A DNA stretch of 64,000 nucleotides from Steroidobacteraceae bacterium (lineage in GTDB: Bacteria; Pseudomonadota; Gammaproteobacteria; Steroidobacterales; Steroidobacteraceae), in assembly GCA_035943195.1 (NCBI GenBank), contig DASZCK010000183.1, positions 526 through 64,525 on the forward strand, given 5' to 3'. The first letter of the stretch is position 1, and each line of letters opens with the position of its first letter. The translations under genes were made by a program, and so were the position numbers. Below the pieces are notes generated by a model. That model worked only from the letters and a program-made list of their open reading frames with translations, had not been told where the DNA came from and ran no database searches. Positions 8,837 through 17,457 of the stretch are shown here, piece by piece.

Positions 8837-10233
8837 CCGAGCGCCTTGACGATCTCTTCGGTCATCTTCTTCGCATCCGAGAACAGCATCATGGTGTTGT
8901 CGCGAAAGAAGAGTTCGTTTTCCACTCCGGCATAACCGGAGCCCATGCCACGCTTGACGAACAGCACCGTTCTGGCCTTTTCAACATCCAGAATCGGCAT
9001 GCCGTAGATGGAAGAACCCGGATCGGTCTTCGCCGCCGGGTTAGTGACATCATTGGCGCCTATCACATAGGCGACATCGGCCTGCGGGAACTGCGAGTTG
9101 ATGTCTTCCAACTCAAATACTTCGTCATAGGGCACATTGGCTTCGGCCAGGAGGACATTCATATGTCCCGGCATGCGGCCCGCCACCGGATGAATGGCGT
9201 AGGAGACCTTCACGCCCTCGGCCTTGAGGCGGTCGGCCATCTCGCGCACTGCATGCTGCGCCTGGGCCACTGCCATGCCGTAGCCGGGCACGATGATGAC
9301 GCTGGACGCGTTCTTCATGATGAAGGCTGCGTCTTCGGCCGACCCCTGCTTGACCGACCGGGTTTCCTTGGCTCCGGGGGCCGCCACTTCGCCGCCGAAT
9401 CCCCCGGCGATCACCGATATGAAGCTGCGGTTCATCCCCTTGCACATGATGTAGGAGAGAATCGCGCCGGAGGAGCCCACCAGTGCACCGGTAATGATCA
9501 GTGCGGTGTTCTCGAGCGTGAAGCCGATGCCCGCGGCGGCCCAGCCCGAGTAGGAGTTGAGCATCGATACCACCACCGGCATGTCGGCGCCACCGATGGG
9601 AATGATGAGGGTAATGCCAAATACAAAGGACAGTCCGGTGATGGCCCAGAAGGTCCAATGCTGCTGATCCATCACGAAGTAGACGATCAGGCCGAGGATC
9701 ACCGCGAGGATCAGCAGATTCAGTGCGTGTCTTGCCGGCAAAATGATGGGCGCACCCGACATGTTGCCGTTCAACTTGGCAAAGGCAATGATCGAGCCGC
9801 TGAAGGTGATGGCGCCGATCGCGACGCCCAGGCTCATTTCAACCAGGCTTTGCGCGCGAATGGCACCCTCGGTGCCGATGCCAAAGGCGGCCGGCGAGTA
9901 CAGCGCCGCGCCCGCGATCAGCACCGCGGCCAGGCCGACCAGTGAGTGAAAGGCGGCCACGAGCTGTGGCATGTCGGTCATGGCAATGCGCTTGGCCATC
10001 AGCGCGCCGATACCGCCACCAATGGCCACGCCGCCGATCACCAGACCCCAGGTCAGAGGATCGGTGACGCCGGCGACCCATAGCGTGGTCAGCACGGCGA
10101 TGGTCATACCAGCCATGCCGTTGCGGTTTCCGGCGCGGGCGGTCGCCGGCGAGGCCAGCCCCTTCAGGGCGAGAATGAACAGCAGCCCCGCGATAAGGTA
10201 GAGCAGCGCCGCGAGATCCGCACGCGCCGTCAC
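8833..10233 (-). CDS. pntB: NAD(P) transhydrogenase subunit beta
   Basis: ORF track gives 8833..10464. I place the start at GTG 10233, overlapping the pntAB stop (GTGA), which gives 466 aa. Multi-TM N-terminal half, and a C-terminal NADP(H) domain (VIIVPGYGMAVAQAQH, GANDVTNP). Confidence 0.9.
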   Translation of the reverse strand: MTARADLAALLYLIAGLLFILALKGLASPATARAGNRNGMAGMTIAVLTTLWVAGVTDPLTWGLVIGGVAIGGGIGALMAKRIAMTDMPQLVAAFHSLVGLAAVLIAGAALYSPAAFGIGTEGAIRAQSLVEMSLGVAIGAITFSGSIIAFAKLNGNMSGAPIILPARHALNLLILAVILGLIVYFVMDQQHWTFWAITGLSFVFGITLIIPIGGADMPVVVSMLNSYSGWAAAGIGFTLENTALIITGALVGSSGAILSYIMCKGMNRSFISVIAGGFGGEVAAPGAKETRSVKQGSAEDAAFIMKNASSVIIVPGYGMAVAQAQHAVREMADRLKAEGVKVSYAIHPVAGRMPGHMNVLLAEANVPYDEVFELEDINSQFPQADVAYVIGANDVTNPAAKTDPGSSIYGMPILDVEKARTVLFVKRGMGSGYAGVENELFFRDNTMMLFSDAKKMTEEIVKALG

Positions 10234-10532
10234 TTGCCGTCCTTCTTCCTGTACATGGACAGCATGCGTGCGGTGACTAGAAAGCCGCCGAAGATATTGA
10301 CGCTCGCCAGGATGAGGGCGGCAAGCCCCAGGGATTTCGAGGCCCAGGATGCAGCCCCGAGGGCGGGAACCGCCACCGCGACCAGCGCCCCCACGATGAT
10401 CACCGAGGAGATGGCGTTGGTCACACTCATCAACGGGGTATGCAGGGCCGGCGTCACGCCCCACACGACGAAATAGCCAATCACGATCGCCAGCACGAAG
10501 ATCGAAAGCCGGAACACAAAAGGATCAATCAT
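10230..10532 (-). CDS. pntAB: NAD(P) transhydrogenase subunit alpha part 2 (membrane)
   Basis: 100 aa with three TM helices. It sits between pntAA and pntB with overlapping stop/start codons. Confidence 0.9.
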   Translation of the reverse strand: MIDPFVFRLSIFVLAIVIGYFVVWGVTPALHTPLMSVTNAISSVIIVGALVAVAVPALGAASWASKSLGLAALILASVNIFGGFLVTARMLSMYRKKDGK

Positions 10533-11635
10533 TTTCCGCCCCCGCTCACCACTGCCGCCTTGACGATTTCGTCATTCCAATCGATCGCCAACGAGCCGCT
10601 CGTTCGGTCAACGATCAGGGAGATGAAATTGAACAGGTTGCGCGCATAGAGCGCCGAGGAATCCACTGCCAGGCGCCCGGGCAGGTTGGTGTAGCCCAGG
10701 ATCGTCACACCCTGCACTTCAATGATATCGTCGGCCCGGGTGAGCGCGGTGTTGCCACCCGCCTCGGCCGCCAGATCCACGATCACTGATCCGGGCTTCA
10801 TGCTGCGGATCATGTCCTCGCTCACGAGAACCGGCGCCTTGCGACCCGGGATCAAGGCCGTGGTTATCACGATGTCCTGCCGGCGGATGGTGTCGGCGAT
10901 CAGGGCCTGCTGCCTGGCCTGATAGTCCTGCGACATTTCCCGGGCATAGCCGCCGGCCGTCTGTGCGCTCTTGAATTCCTCATCCATGACGGCCACGAAA
11001 GTGGCACCCAGGGATTCAACCTGCTCCTTGGTGGCTGGGCGCACATCCGTGGCACTGACGATGGCGCCGAGGCGCCTGGCGGTGGCAATGGCCTGCAGCC
11101 CCGCAACCCCTGCCCCCATCACCAGCACGCGGGCGGGCGCAATGGTCCCGGCCGCGGTCATCATCATCGGCATGGCCCGACCGATATAGGCGGCGGCATC
11201 GATGACGGCCTTGTAGCCGGCAAGGTTCGCCTGGGAGGAAAGTACGTCCATCGCCTGGGCCCGCGATATGCGCGGCAGCAATTCCATCGCGAAGGCGGTG
11301 ACGCCCTGATGGGCGAGGGCCTGAATCGTGTCCTTTTCGGAATGCGGCGCCAGCAGCGCGGCCAGCACCGCGCCTTTCTTATACAGGGGGATTTCATCCG
11401 CATTTGGACCGCGCACCCTGAGCACGATATCGGCGCCGTCGAGGGTGGCCTTAAGATTCGGTGCTATGCTCGCGCCGGCCGCCAGGTAATCGGTATCCGC
11501 AACACGCGCGCGCTCGCCCGCGCCAGCCTGGACCACCACTTCGAGTGCCAGTGCCTTGAGCTTTTTCGCCGACTCCGGAGTCGCGGCAACGCGCCTCTCA
11601 CCCGGGGAGGTTTCCTTGGGGATAGCGAGCTTCAA
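10529..11635 (-). CDS. pntAA: NAD(P) transhydrogenase subunit alpha part 1
   Basis: 368 aa. MKLAIPKETSPGERRVAATPE N-terminus and the VLVMGAGVAGLQAI Rossmann motif. Confidence 0.9.
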   Translation of the reverse strand: MKLAIPKETSPGERRVAATPESAKKLKALALEVVVQAGAGERARVADTDYLAAGASIAPNLKATLDGADIVLRVRGPNADEIPLYKKGAVLAALLAPHSEKDTIQALAHQGVTAFAMELLPRISRAQAMDVLSSQANLAGYKAVIDAAAYIGRAMPMMMTAAGTIAPARVLVMGAGVAGLQAIATARRLGAIVSATDVRPATKEQVESLGATFVAVMDEEFKSAQTAGGYAREMSQDYQARQQALIADTIRRQDIVITTALIPGRKAPVLVSEDMIRSMKPGSVIVDLAAEAGGNTALTRADDIIEVQGVTILGYTNLPGRLAVDSSALYARNLFNFISLIVDRTSGSLAIDWNDEIVKAAVVSGGGK

Positions 11636-11768
11636 TGACGTCTAAGTTCTTGTTCGAGAGGTGTGGACTATAGCAGTATCATTACCCCCGCCGCAGCTCC
11701 AACGGAGTATCCCCCTGAGCACGAACCCGAGACAGACGCAGATCGAGGGCGTAGGTGCAGCCTTCGAC

Positions 11769-12449
11769 ATGGCACAGCTGCTTGCACAAAGGGCCCGTAC
11801 TCAAGAGGCCGTCATCGCCATTGCAGCCGCGATGAGGCCGGGCATGCGCGAGGAAGATGCGGTGGTACTGGCCAACACTCTGCTCGCCGAGCGCCAGATG
11901 CGGCGCGGCTGGCACAAGGTCAATCTGCGCTTCGGTGTCAACACGACGCTGCACTTTCACACTCCCTCGCAGCCGGGCGTGGTGCTCGGCGAGAGCGACA
12001 TTTTGTTCATCGACATCGGGCCGGTATTCGAACACTGGGAAGGCGACGCCGGGGACACCTTTGTCGTGGGTAACGACGCCGACTTTGCCCGCTGTGCCGC
12101 CGATGCCCGTGCGGTCTTCCACGCCGCACGGCGCCGGTGGCTGGCAGATCGGCTCAACGGCCGGGAGCTCTATGACTATGCGGCCGCCGAAGCGGCCAGG
12201 CTCGGCTGGGTGCTCAACCTCGACATGAACGGCCATCGCATCAGCGATTTTCCGCACAAGGCCATCTTCGGCGGCTCATTGGCGGAAATCGACTTCGTTC
12301 CTGCCGCGGGCCTTTGGGTGCTGGAAATCCAGATTCGGCACCCCACCCGTCCGTTCGGCGCCTTCTTCGAGGATCTGCTGCTCGATGACAACCATTTCCA
12401 GGGGGTCAGCGGACGGGGAGATCCACTGAATACAGTGAGTGGTGCGTGA
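11769..12449 (+). CDS. M24-family metallopeptidase-like protein (catalytic domain only)
   Basis: Start at ATG 11769 (MAQLLAQ). A pita-bread metal-ligand pattern is plausible: D..D in DILFIDIGPVFEHWEGDAGD, H in NGHRISDF, E in VLEIQI and E in FFEDLL. Confidence 0.65.
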   Translation: MAQLLAQRARTQEAVIAIAAAMRPGMREEDAVVLANTLLAERQMRRGWHKVNLRFGVNTTLHFHTPSQPGVVLGESDILFIDIGPVFEHWEGDAGDTFVVGNDADFARCAADARAVFHAARRRWLADRLNGRELYDYAAAEAARLGWVLNLDMNGHRISDFPHKAIFGGSLAEIDFVPAAGLWVLEIQIRHPTRPFGAFFEDLLLDDNHFQGVSGRGDPLNTVSGA

Positions 12450-15400
12450 GGATGAAGAGGGAATGGCCAGCAGCCAGCAGCTGCAGCGGCCGTTCCGGTA
12501 CCTCGATGATGCCCAGTTCGCTGCCGTCTGCGCCGTAAACGAAGATCTGACCGTTGGCGAGGTACACCCTCCCGGCGGCGTCGGACGTCACGCTCTCACC
12601 TCCGCGCTCCGCAAACACCTTAAGATCCTCAAGCGCACCCCTGCTTCCCAGCCTTGCCGAGTAGGTCTTGGCCTCCGAGGCATTGCTCACGTAAAGACGG
12701 GAGCCAGGAGAGGCGACCAGGAATCCGTACGTGTCGAGTGAGTGCGAAAAGCGCCAGCCGCGATAGTCCAGCGCGCCCTGGTGAAAGACCCGATAGGCCG
12801 GCAGTACCAGGCTGCCATCCGGTGAGGAGTACTGCAGCGCCGGACCGGTAGCCACCTCGCGTGCGAACAGTTCCGCCAGGGTCGCGAAGTGATCGGTTTG
12901 GGGATCGTACTGATCCTTGAACTCACCGTTGACCCACCACACGGCCGGTATCGCGATTTGGGCTTGCGGATACCGTTGCGCTGGCCCCGGCTGGATGACG
13001 GTGACGGCACCATCGGGACCATCGGGTCGTAGGCTGTAGACCGCGCCCGTGATGCCGGCCGAGGAGAGCACCAGCAGGTTGCCCGCATGGTCCACCGCCA
13101 GATTCACGGGATCGAGCGGCTGGCTGCTGATGATCGCGAGGCCGGATCCCGACCAGCTGTAGATGCGCTGCGTGATGCGGTCGATGAAGTACAGCGTCCC
13201 CCTGGCATCCACGGCGCCGCCGCCAAGCGCCTCGAAGCCACCCGCCAGCTTCCTCAGCACCGCACCTTGCATCGAGGCCGCAGGCAGCGCGGCCGCCGAC
13301 GCGGAGCTCACATCCAGGCGCGCAAACTCGCGCTCCCGCACGGCCGCGCCACTCGGCTCCTCCTCGATGGCATTGTCGAAGGGATACTTGCTCAGGCGCA
13401 GGAAAGTAGTGCAGTCGCCGCCATCGCAGGTCGAAAAGCCGCTCTCCGCATTCACATGGACATTGCGAAAATGCAGGTCATGGACGCCGTACAAGCGTAC
13501 CGCGGCGGGGGCCGGCCCCACGGTGCGGGTCACGCGATAGCCGTGATAGTTGGCGAACAGAATGTCATGCGAGTCGCGCAACTCGACGGAGACGGCGTTG
13601 CGGCTCTCGCGGTATTCCTCCTCGGTCTGCGGCGCCAGGAATTCCCAGTGCGAGACATGGTTCAGGACGATCTCGTTGCGCACATGGTGCTCCACCGACA
13701 TCTCGTAGACATGTCCGGGCGTATCGGTATCGGAGATATAAAGACCCGCGCTGGCATAAGTATCCGGGCTCCAGTTGCCGACGAAGGTGCCCCCGCCATG
13801 GCTGACCCACAGGCTCGGATACTGGCCGTCCCAGCGCTGGGCCGACTCGGCACCGCCGGGGGTTCCCCGCGGCAGTTCGAACTTGACATCGATCACGAGC
13901 GACTTCTCGCCCGCGCTCCACAGCAGTGCCGTGGCCCGCGGATTCACGCCACCGGTCAGAAGGCCGATGCCGGAGACGATCGCATCTCCACCCGCCGCCG
14001 ACTGCAGCAGCGGCTTTGGCGCACCCACGCCCTGGAAAGCGGCCGTACCGTCTGCAATTTCAATGCGCGTCAGGCTCGGATGCAGACCAATCAGCGCCGA
14101 GTCCGGCCGTAGCCGCAGCGTATCGCTGACCCGGTAAACGCCCAGCGGCAGATAGACGGCGCGGTGCGCATCGATTGCGCGCTGCAGCGCCAGGGTGTCA
14201 TCGGCCTTGCCGTCGCCGACGGCGCCGAGCTCGTGCACATTGGCCCATTCCGCAACCGGCGGCAGGGACCGTACGGCCGAAGCGCCGGGCGCCGGCAGCC
14301 GCTCGATGGGCATGATCTCCTGCGAAGTCGCAAAGTGCCCGAGCTGGCCGAGTCCCGGCACCGCGAGTCCATAGCTGAAAGAGCGCACCCGATAGCTGCG
14401 ACCCTCGCCTGCAACGTTGCGGCCGCTATCCCGGAAGTGCACGAACACCGGAGTATCACGGGCCAGCGCGTTGTCGAATCCCACCTGCGTATAGACAGTC
14501 CCCTCATTGGAGATCACGACGCCCGCCTGTCGCACCCCTTCGAAACGCACGTCCTTGCCCCACAACGAATCGCCATAGCCGCGGTCGATTTCGATACCGA
14601 CCGGCACATTACGCACGGTCACATCGATCAGCGTCAGATCCGCCTCATGTTCGCGGATTGCCGCGCCGCTCTGACCCTCGAAGCTCGAATCAAGAACGGT
14701 GAACTGCCAGGCTGGCGACGTCTTCTCGGTCACGATGCCGTAGCGTCCGCCTTCGAAGTGCAGATTTTGTACGAAGTTGCCGGCCTGGTAGATGCCGGCA
14801 AAGGCACCCCCAAGATGGAAGTCCATGTTGCTGAGATAGGCGTGCTGTGCAACCCGGAATCGAATTCCGGTCGCGGCCGGATTGCCGGGCCCGATCTCGA
14901 TGTCGATGTTGCTCATCACCGAGTAGAAGGTGCTGGAGTTCGCATCCGCGACCTTCGGATCAAACGGCACGACCGTCGGCGGCGGAAACGGCACGCGCGC
15001 TTCGCTGGGTCCCGGGCCCGTGCGCACCGGATCGCCACGCCGCGCACCGGTGAAGACCACCATGCTGCCGACACCCTGCTGGAAACCCGGCGTGTGACTG
15101 CCCAGGACCAGCACCGGACGCGTCGCGCCGACGCCGTACAATCGCACACCCGGTGAGATCAGTAACGTGTGGCTGATCCGGTAACGGCCGGAAGGCAGGA
15201 AGGCCACGCCACCCGCGGAGTGCTCCGTCGCCGCATCGAGCGCATGCTGGATCGCATCCGTGTCGTCGGCCCGTCCGTCGCCCTTGCCCGTCACGGTCAC
15301 GGCGCGCGGGTCGGCAGGTGCCGTTCGAAAGGCGGAAGTTCCGGCGGACACGGGCGCTGCCGCCATCAAGGCAACGGTCATCAGCAGCCAACCGGCGCAG

Positions 15401-16626
15401 AAGATGCGTGCGCTGCGCTCGTAACTGAAGTAGGCCCAGGCCCAGTCGATGAGAACCACGAGCCGATTGCGAAAGCCGATCAGAAAGTAGATATGCGCGG
15501 CGAGCCAAAAGCACCAGGCGAACGTTCCCGAAAGCCGGTAGCCGTGAATGTCGACGACGGCGGCGCGGCGGCCGATGGTGGCCAGCGACCCGTAATCCCG
15601 GTAGCGAAACGGCGGGCGCGAACGTCCGGCGAGGGTTGCGCGAATACAGCGCGCCGCGTGCGCGCCCATCTGTTTGGCCGCCGGTGCGATGCCCGGTACG
15701 GGTCGGCCGTCGGTTGCCACACTTGCCAGATCGCCGACCACCAGCACTTCCGGATGTGCCGCGAGCGAAAGATCCGGCTGCACCTTCACGCGGCCGGCCC
15801 GATCGAGTGGCGCTCCCAACATGGCGCCGAGCGGCGAGGCCGAAACACCGGCCGCCCATAGAACGGTATTCGTGGCAATGCGCTCGCCGCCCAGTTCGAT
15901 GTAATCGCCACCGATGCCCGTAACGGCCTGACCGGTCCGTACGGTGACCCCGAGTCGCAGCAGTTGCGCTGCCGCTTTCGCCGATAACGCCGGCGGGAAA
16001 CTGGACAATACCCGCTCACCGGCCTCGATCAGCAGGACACGCGCCTGTTGCGGATTGCTGCGTCTGAATTCGGGCGCCAGGGTGTGCCGCGCAATCTCCG
16101 CAAGCGTGCCGGCCAGTTCCACGCCGGTCGGCCCCGCCCCAATGATGGCGAAAGTGAGCCAGGTCTCGCGCAGCTGCGCATCGGTCGCAAGCTCCGCCCG
16201 TTCGAACGCTGTCAGGACCCTTGCTCTGATGGCCAGCGCATCCTGCAAGGTCTTCAGACCCACCGCGTGCCGGGCCCACTCATCGTGACCGAAATAGGCA
16301 TGGGCCGCACCGGTGGCGATGACCAGGCAATCGTATTCGAAGACCTGCTCGCCCAAGTACACGCGTCGCGCCGCAAGATCGATGGTGCGCACTTCGCCCA
16401 TCATGACCGCGACATTGCGTTGCCGGCGCAGGATGTGGCGCAGCGGTGCCGCGATCGACGGCGCCGCCAGTCCTGCCGTAGCCACCTGATACAAGAGCGG
16501 CTGGAACAGGTGGTGGTTGCAGCGGTCGATGAGTGTGATGTCCACGCTCGCCGAGCGCAGCGCCCGCACGGCCCAGAGTCCGCCGAATCCGCCTCCCACC
16601 ACCACGACCCGTTTGCGCGACGTCAT
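12406..16626 (-). CDS. ndh: Continuous 1406-codon frame: type-II NADH dehydrogenase (aa 1-~410), a hydrophobic segment, then an exported double beta-helix (Pectate_lyase_3/GH55-like) and a C-terminal beta-propeller module
   Basis: ORF track gives 12406..16902; I place the start at ATG 16626 (MTSRKRVVVVGGGFGG). NDH-2 motifs are GGGFGG, GAGPTGVE and the C-terminal FRNRLVVLIDWAWAYFSYERSARIF. There is no stop before MTVALMAAAPVSAG (ATG 15381). Downstream are two GxGDGxADDTxAxQxA beta-helix starts and an SGL/NHL-like propeller. See the finding on whether this is one gene or two. Confidence 0.7.
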   Translation of the reverse strand: MTSRKRVVVVGGGFGGLWAVRALRSASVDITLIDRCNHHLFQPLLYQVATAGLAAPSIAAPLRHILRRQRNVAVMMGEVRTIDLAARRVYLGEQVFEYDCLVIATGAAHAYFGHDEWARHAVGLKTLQDALAIRARVLTAFERAELATDAQLRETWLTFAIIGAGPTGVELAGTLAEIARHTLAPEFRRSNPQQARVLLIEAGERVLSSFPPALSAKAAAQLLRLGVTVRTGQAVTGIGGDYIELGGERIATNTVLWAAGVSASPLGAMLGAPLDRAGRVKVQPDLSLAAHPEVLVVGDLASVATDGRPVPGIAPAAKQMGAHAARCIRATLAGRSRPPFRYRDYGSLATIGRRAAVVDIHGYRLSGTFAWCFWLAAHIYFLIGFRNRLVVLIDWAWAYFSYERSARIFCAGWLLMTVALMAAAPVSAGTSAFRTAPADPRAVTVTGKGDGRADDTDAIQHALDAATEHSAGGVAFLPSGRYRISHTLLISPGVRLYGVGATRPVLVLGSHTPGFQQGVGSMVVFTGARRGDPVRTGPGPSEARVPFPPPTVVPFDPKVADANSSTFYSVMSNIDIEIGPGNPAATGIRFRVAQHAYLSNMDFHLGGAFAGIYQAGNFVQNLHFEGGRYGIVTEKTSPAWQFTVLDSSFEGQSGAAIREHEADLTLIDVTVRNVPVGIEIDRGYGDSLWGKDVRFEGVRQAGVVISNEGTVYTQVGFDNALARDTPVFVHFRDSGRNVAGEGRSYRVRSFSYGLAVPGLGQLGHFATSQEIMPIERLPAPGASAVRSLPPVAEWANVHELGAVGDGKADDTLALQRAIDAHRAVYLPLGVYRVSDTLRLRPDSALIGLHPSLTRIEIADGTAAFQGVGAPKPLLQSAAGGDAIVSGIGLLTGGVNPRATALLWSAGEKSLVIDVKFELPRGTPGGAESAQRWDGQYPSLWVSHGGGTFVGNWSPDTYASAGLYISDTDTPGHVYEMSVEHHVRNEIVLNHVSHWEFLAPQTEEEYRESRNAVSVELRDSHDILFANYHGYRVTRTVGPAPAAVRLYGVHDLHFRNVHVNAESGFSTCDGGDCTTFLRLSKYPFDNAIEEEPSGAAVREREFARLDVSSASAAALPAASMQGAVLRKLAGGFEALGGGAVDARGTLYFIDRITQRIYSWSGSGLAIISSQPLDPVNLAVDHAGNLLVLSSAGITGAVYSLRPDGPDGAVTVIQPGPAQRYPQAQIAIPAVWWVNGEFKDQYDPQTDHFATLAELFAREVATGPALQYSSPDGSLVLPAYRVFHQGALDYRGWRFSHSLDTYGFLVASPGSRLYVSNASEAKTYSARLGSRGALEDLKVFAERGGESVTSDAAGRVYLANGQIFVYGADGSELGIIEVPERPLQLLAAGHSLFILTHHSLYSVDLPVR

Positions 16627-16722
16627 GCGTGCGAGTCCATGTATCAATCGCTCCCTCGTTGGTGCTTTGAGCCTGCGACGCCGTGCTGCGGCGCGATCCG
16701 GCCGCAGGACCGCAGCCCGCGT

Positions 16723-16736
16723 TAGGTGATAACCTA
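16723..16736. promoter_or_regulatory. Candidate TetR operator palindrome TAGGT-GATA-ACCTA
   Basis: This is the only clear dyad in the 115-bp divergent ndh/tetR intergenic region, 6 nt upstream of the TetR start codon. Confidence 0.3.
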
Positions 16737-16741
16737 CACCG

Positions 16742-17455
16742 ATGCCGAGACGCAAGACAAAGCAGCCAAAGGGGCGCACCAAGGCCGAGCAGCGCGCCGA
16801 AACCCTTGAAGAGATCCTGGACGCTGCTGAATACCTGTTCTCGAAGTACGGCCTGAATGGCGTGACGCTACGGGACGTCGCGCTGAAGGTTGGCGTCCAC
16901 ACTTCCCTGATGCACTACTACTTCGTCGACAAGCGGCGCCTGTTCGAGGCAGTGTTCACGCGGCGCGCCGGCGTGACCAGCAGTCGGCGCCTGGACGCCC
17001 TCGATCGCTACGAACGCGAATGCGGCACGCCCACCGTCGAAGGTGCGCTGCGCGCCTTCATCGACACCGATCTGGATCTGTACACCAGCGGTGGGGAAGG
17101 TTGGCGTAACTTCGCCGCTTTCGCCGCACAGGTCAGCAACTCCCCGGAAGGGGCGACCATGATGGACCTGCACTTCGATCCGGTGGTCCTGAAACTTCTC
17201 GGCATTCTAAAAAAAGCGCTGCCGAACTGCACCGACGCCGACATCTTCTGGGGCTACGACTTCGTGAGCGGCGCCTTCATGCACATCCTCGGCCGCACCG
17301 GCCGTATTGACAGACTTTCGGACGGGACCTGCAAATCCGAGGATTTCCAGGCGGTGAAGGAGCGACTCGCGAGCTTCATGGCAGCCGGATTCGTCGAGCT
17401 GTGCAGCAAGCCCAGGAAGGCGCCGCTGCGCAAAAAGACAGCCCGCCCTGCGTAG
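16742..17455 (+). CDS. TetR/AcrR-family transcriptional regulator
   Basis: 237 aa with an N-terminal HTH (GLNGVTLRDVALKVGVHTSLMHYYFVDKRRLF). Confidence 0.9.
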   Translation: MPRRKTKQPKGRTKAEQRAETLEEILDAAEYLFSKYGLNGVTLRDVALKVGVHTSLMHYYFVDKRRLFEAVFTRRAGVTSSRRLDALDRYERECGTPTVEGALRAFIDTDLDLYTSGGEGWRNFAAFAAQVSNSPEGATMMDLHFDPVVLKLLGILKKALPNCTDADIFWGYDFVSGAFMHILGRTGRIDRLSDGTCKSEDFQAVKERLASFMAAGFVELCSKPRKAPLRKKTARPA

Positions 17456-17457
17456 CG

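Noticed and set aside
13087-15156. Two long plus-strand ORFs (13087..14112 and 14164..15156)
   Set aside because: Both are antisense to the beta-helix protein, which has clear repeated motifs, and both have low-complexity Arg-rich translations.
16627-16902. 92-codon N-terminal extension of the ndh frame
   Set aside because: It runs through the divergent promoter region and into the TetR gene on the opposite strand. MTSRKRVVVVGGGFGG at 16626 is a typical NDH-2 N-terminus.
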